From positions 1,549,362-1,613,361 of the forward strand of contig CBDESM010000003.1 of assembly GCA_965242485.1 (NCBI GenBank): a stretch of DNA of 64,000 nucleotides, written 5' to 3'. The translations under genes were made by a program, and so were the position numbers. Below the pieces are notes generated by a model. It ran no database searches. It had not been told where the DNA came from and saw only the letters and a list, made by a program, of their open reading frames with translations. Position 1 is the first letter of the stretch. Every line of letters starts with the position of its first letter. This DNA comes from Dehalococcoidia bacterium. GTDB taxonomy: Bacteria; Chloroflexota; Dehalococcoidia; Bin125. Positions 63,546 through 64,000 of this stretch are shown here, piece after piece.

Positions 63546-64000
63546 ATGATCGACTTGTCTATTGGCGCCCGGGCGTTGTCGGCGCTGAAGATCCGCAGGC
63601 CGGTTCGGCTGTGGGCAGCAGTTCTCGCGGGTTTGGCGGCGCTGTTGCTGCTCGGCGGCACGGCGCTGGGGCAGGAGGCCGCGGGCGGCGAGACGGGGCG
63701 GCCGGAGGTGCTCCAGTTCTCGGCGGAGATCAGCGACCTCAACTCGCTGATCGCTTGGGTCACGGTGAGTTTGAGCGATGAGGCGCGGGTGCAGATCGAG
63801 TACCGCAACGGGGGCGCGGGGCGCTTCCGGACGCGGCTGAGCGAGCCGGCGGTGCACCATTACCTGCCGGTCGTGCGGCTGCGGGCGGAGACGACGTATG
63901 AGTACGTCATCGGCGTGGAAGGGGCCGACGGGGAGATCGCGTTCGATGCGGACGATGCGGGGGAGTTCACGACCAGGCCGTTGCCGGAGATCATGCGGAG
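63546..64000 (+). CDS. Secreted/anchored hypothetical protein, N-terminal part (runs off the window)
   Basis: Signal-peptide-like hydrophobic N-terminus; open to the window end. Confidence 0.4.
   Translation, partial: MIDLSIGARALSALKIRRPVRLWAAVLAGLAALLLLGGTALGQEAAGGETGRPEVLQFSAEISDLNSLIAWVTVSLSDEARVQIEYRNGGAGRFRTRLSEPAVHHYLPVVRLRAETTYEYVIGVEGADGEIAFDADDAGEFTTRPLPEIMR

Overview
This is a high-GC (about 70%) bacterial chromosomal window. Gene order and codon style suggest an actinobacterial-type genome, though that is inference. Most of it is conserved housekeeping gene clusters. Several compositionally or structurally atypical segments look like insertions or novel modules. The most striking is a roughly 2.7 kb lower-GC gene (59986-62643, minus strand) encoding about eight tandem S1-like RNA-binding repeats fused to a C-terminal Schlafen/AlbA_2 domain. 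It sits between a methylmalonyl-CoA mutase-family gene and an epimerase gene, and a small 2xS1 paralog lies next to tRNA-Val. Other findings of note: (1) a brnT-like toxin followed by three tandem BrnA-like ribbon-helix-helix antitoxin paralogs with Cys/His-rich acidic N-terminal extensions, beside tRNA-Phe and four tandem tRNA-Phe 3'-fragment repeats, plus a decayed fourth copy inside the thiamine transporter operon; (2) a GrdB/PrdB-family selenoprotein with an in-frame TGA and an fdhF-like SECIS hairpin; (3) a tandem pair of small proteins built from 11-residue hydrophobic repeats; (4) an NrtR-nadABC operon with a perfect 21-bp palindromic operator; (5) an RseP protease with an inserted LysM pair; (6) an AT-rich island (about 43% GC) at the left edge next to an uncharacterised 628-aa protein and a small zinc-ribbon gene.

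The conserved clusters are rpsB-tsf-pyrH-frr-uppS-cdsA-dxr-rseP, nrtR-nadA-nadB-nadC, sucC-sucD, ffh-rpsP-KH-rimM, gap, eno, uvrC, xerC/D, a large TPP-riboswitch-controlled thiamine cluster (thiD-thiE-thiO-thiS-thiG-tenA-thiYZX plus a second ThiE/TenI paralog), and seven tRNAs. Many long ORFs in the six-frame track are antisense artefacts of high GC and are not reported as genes.
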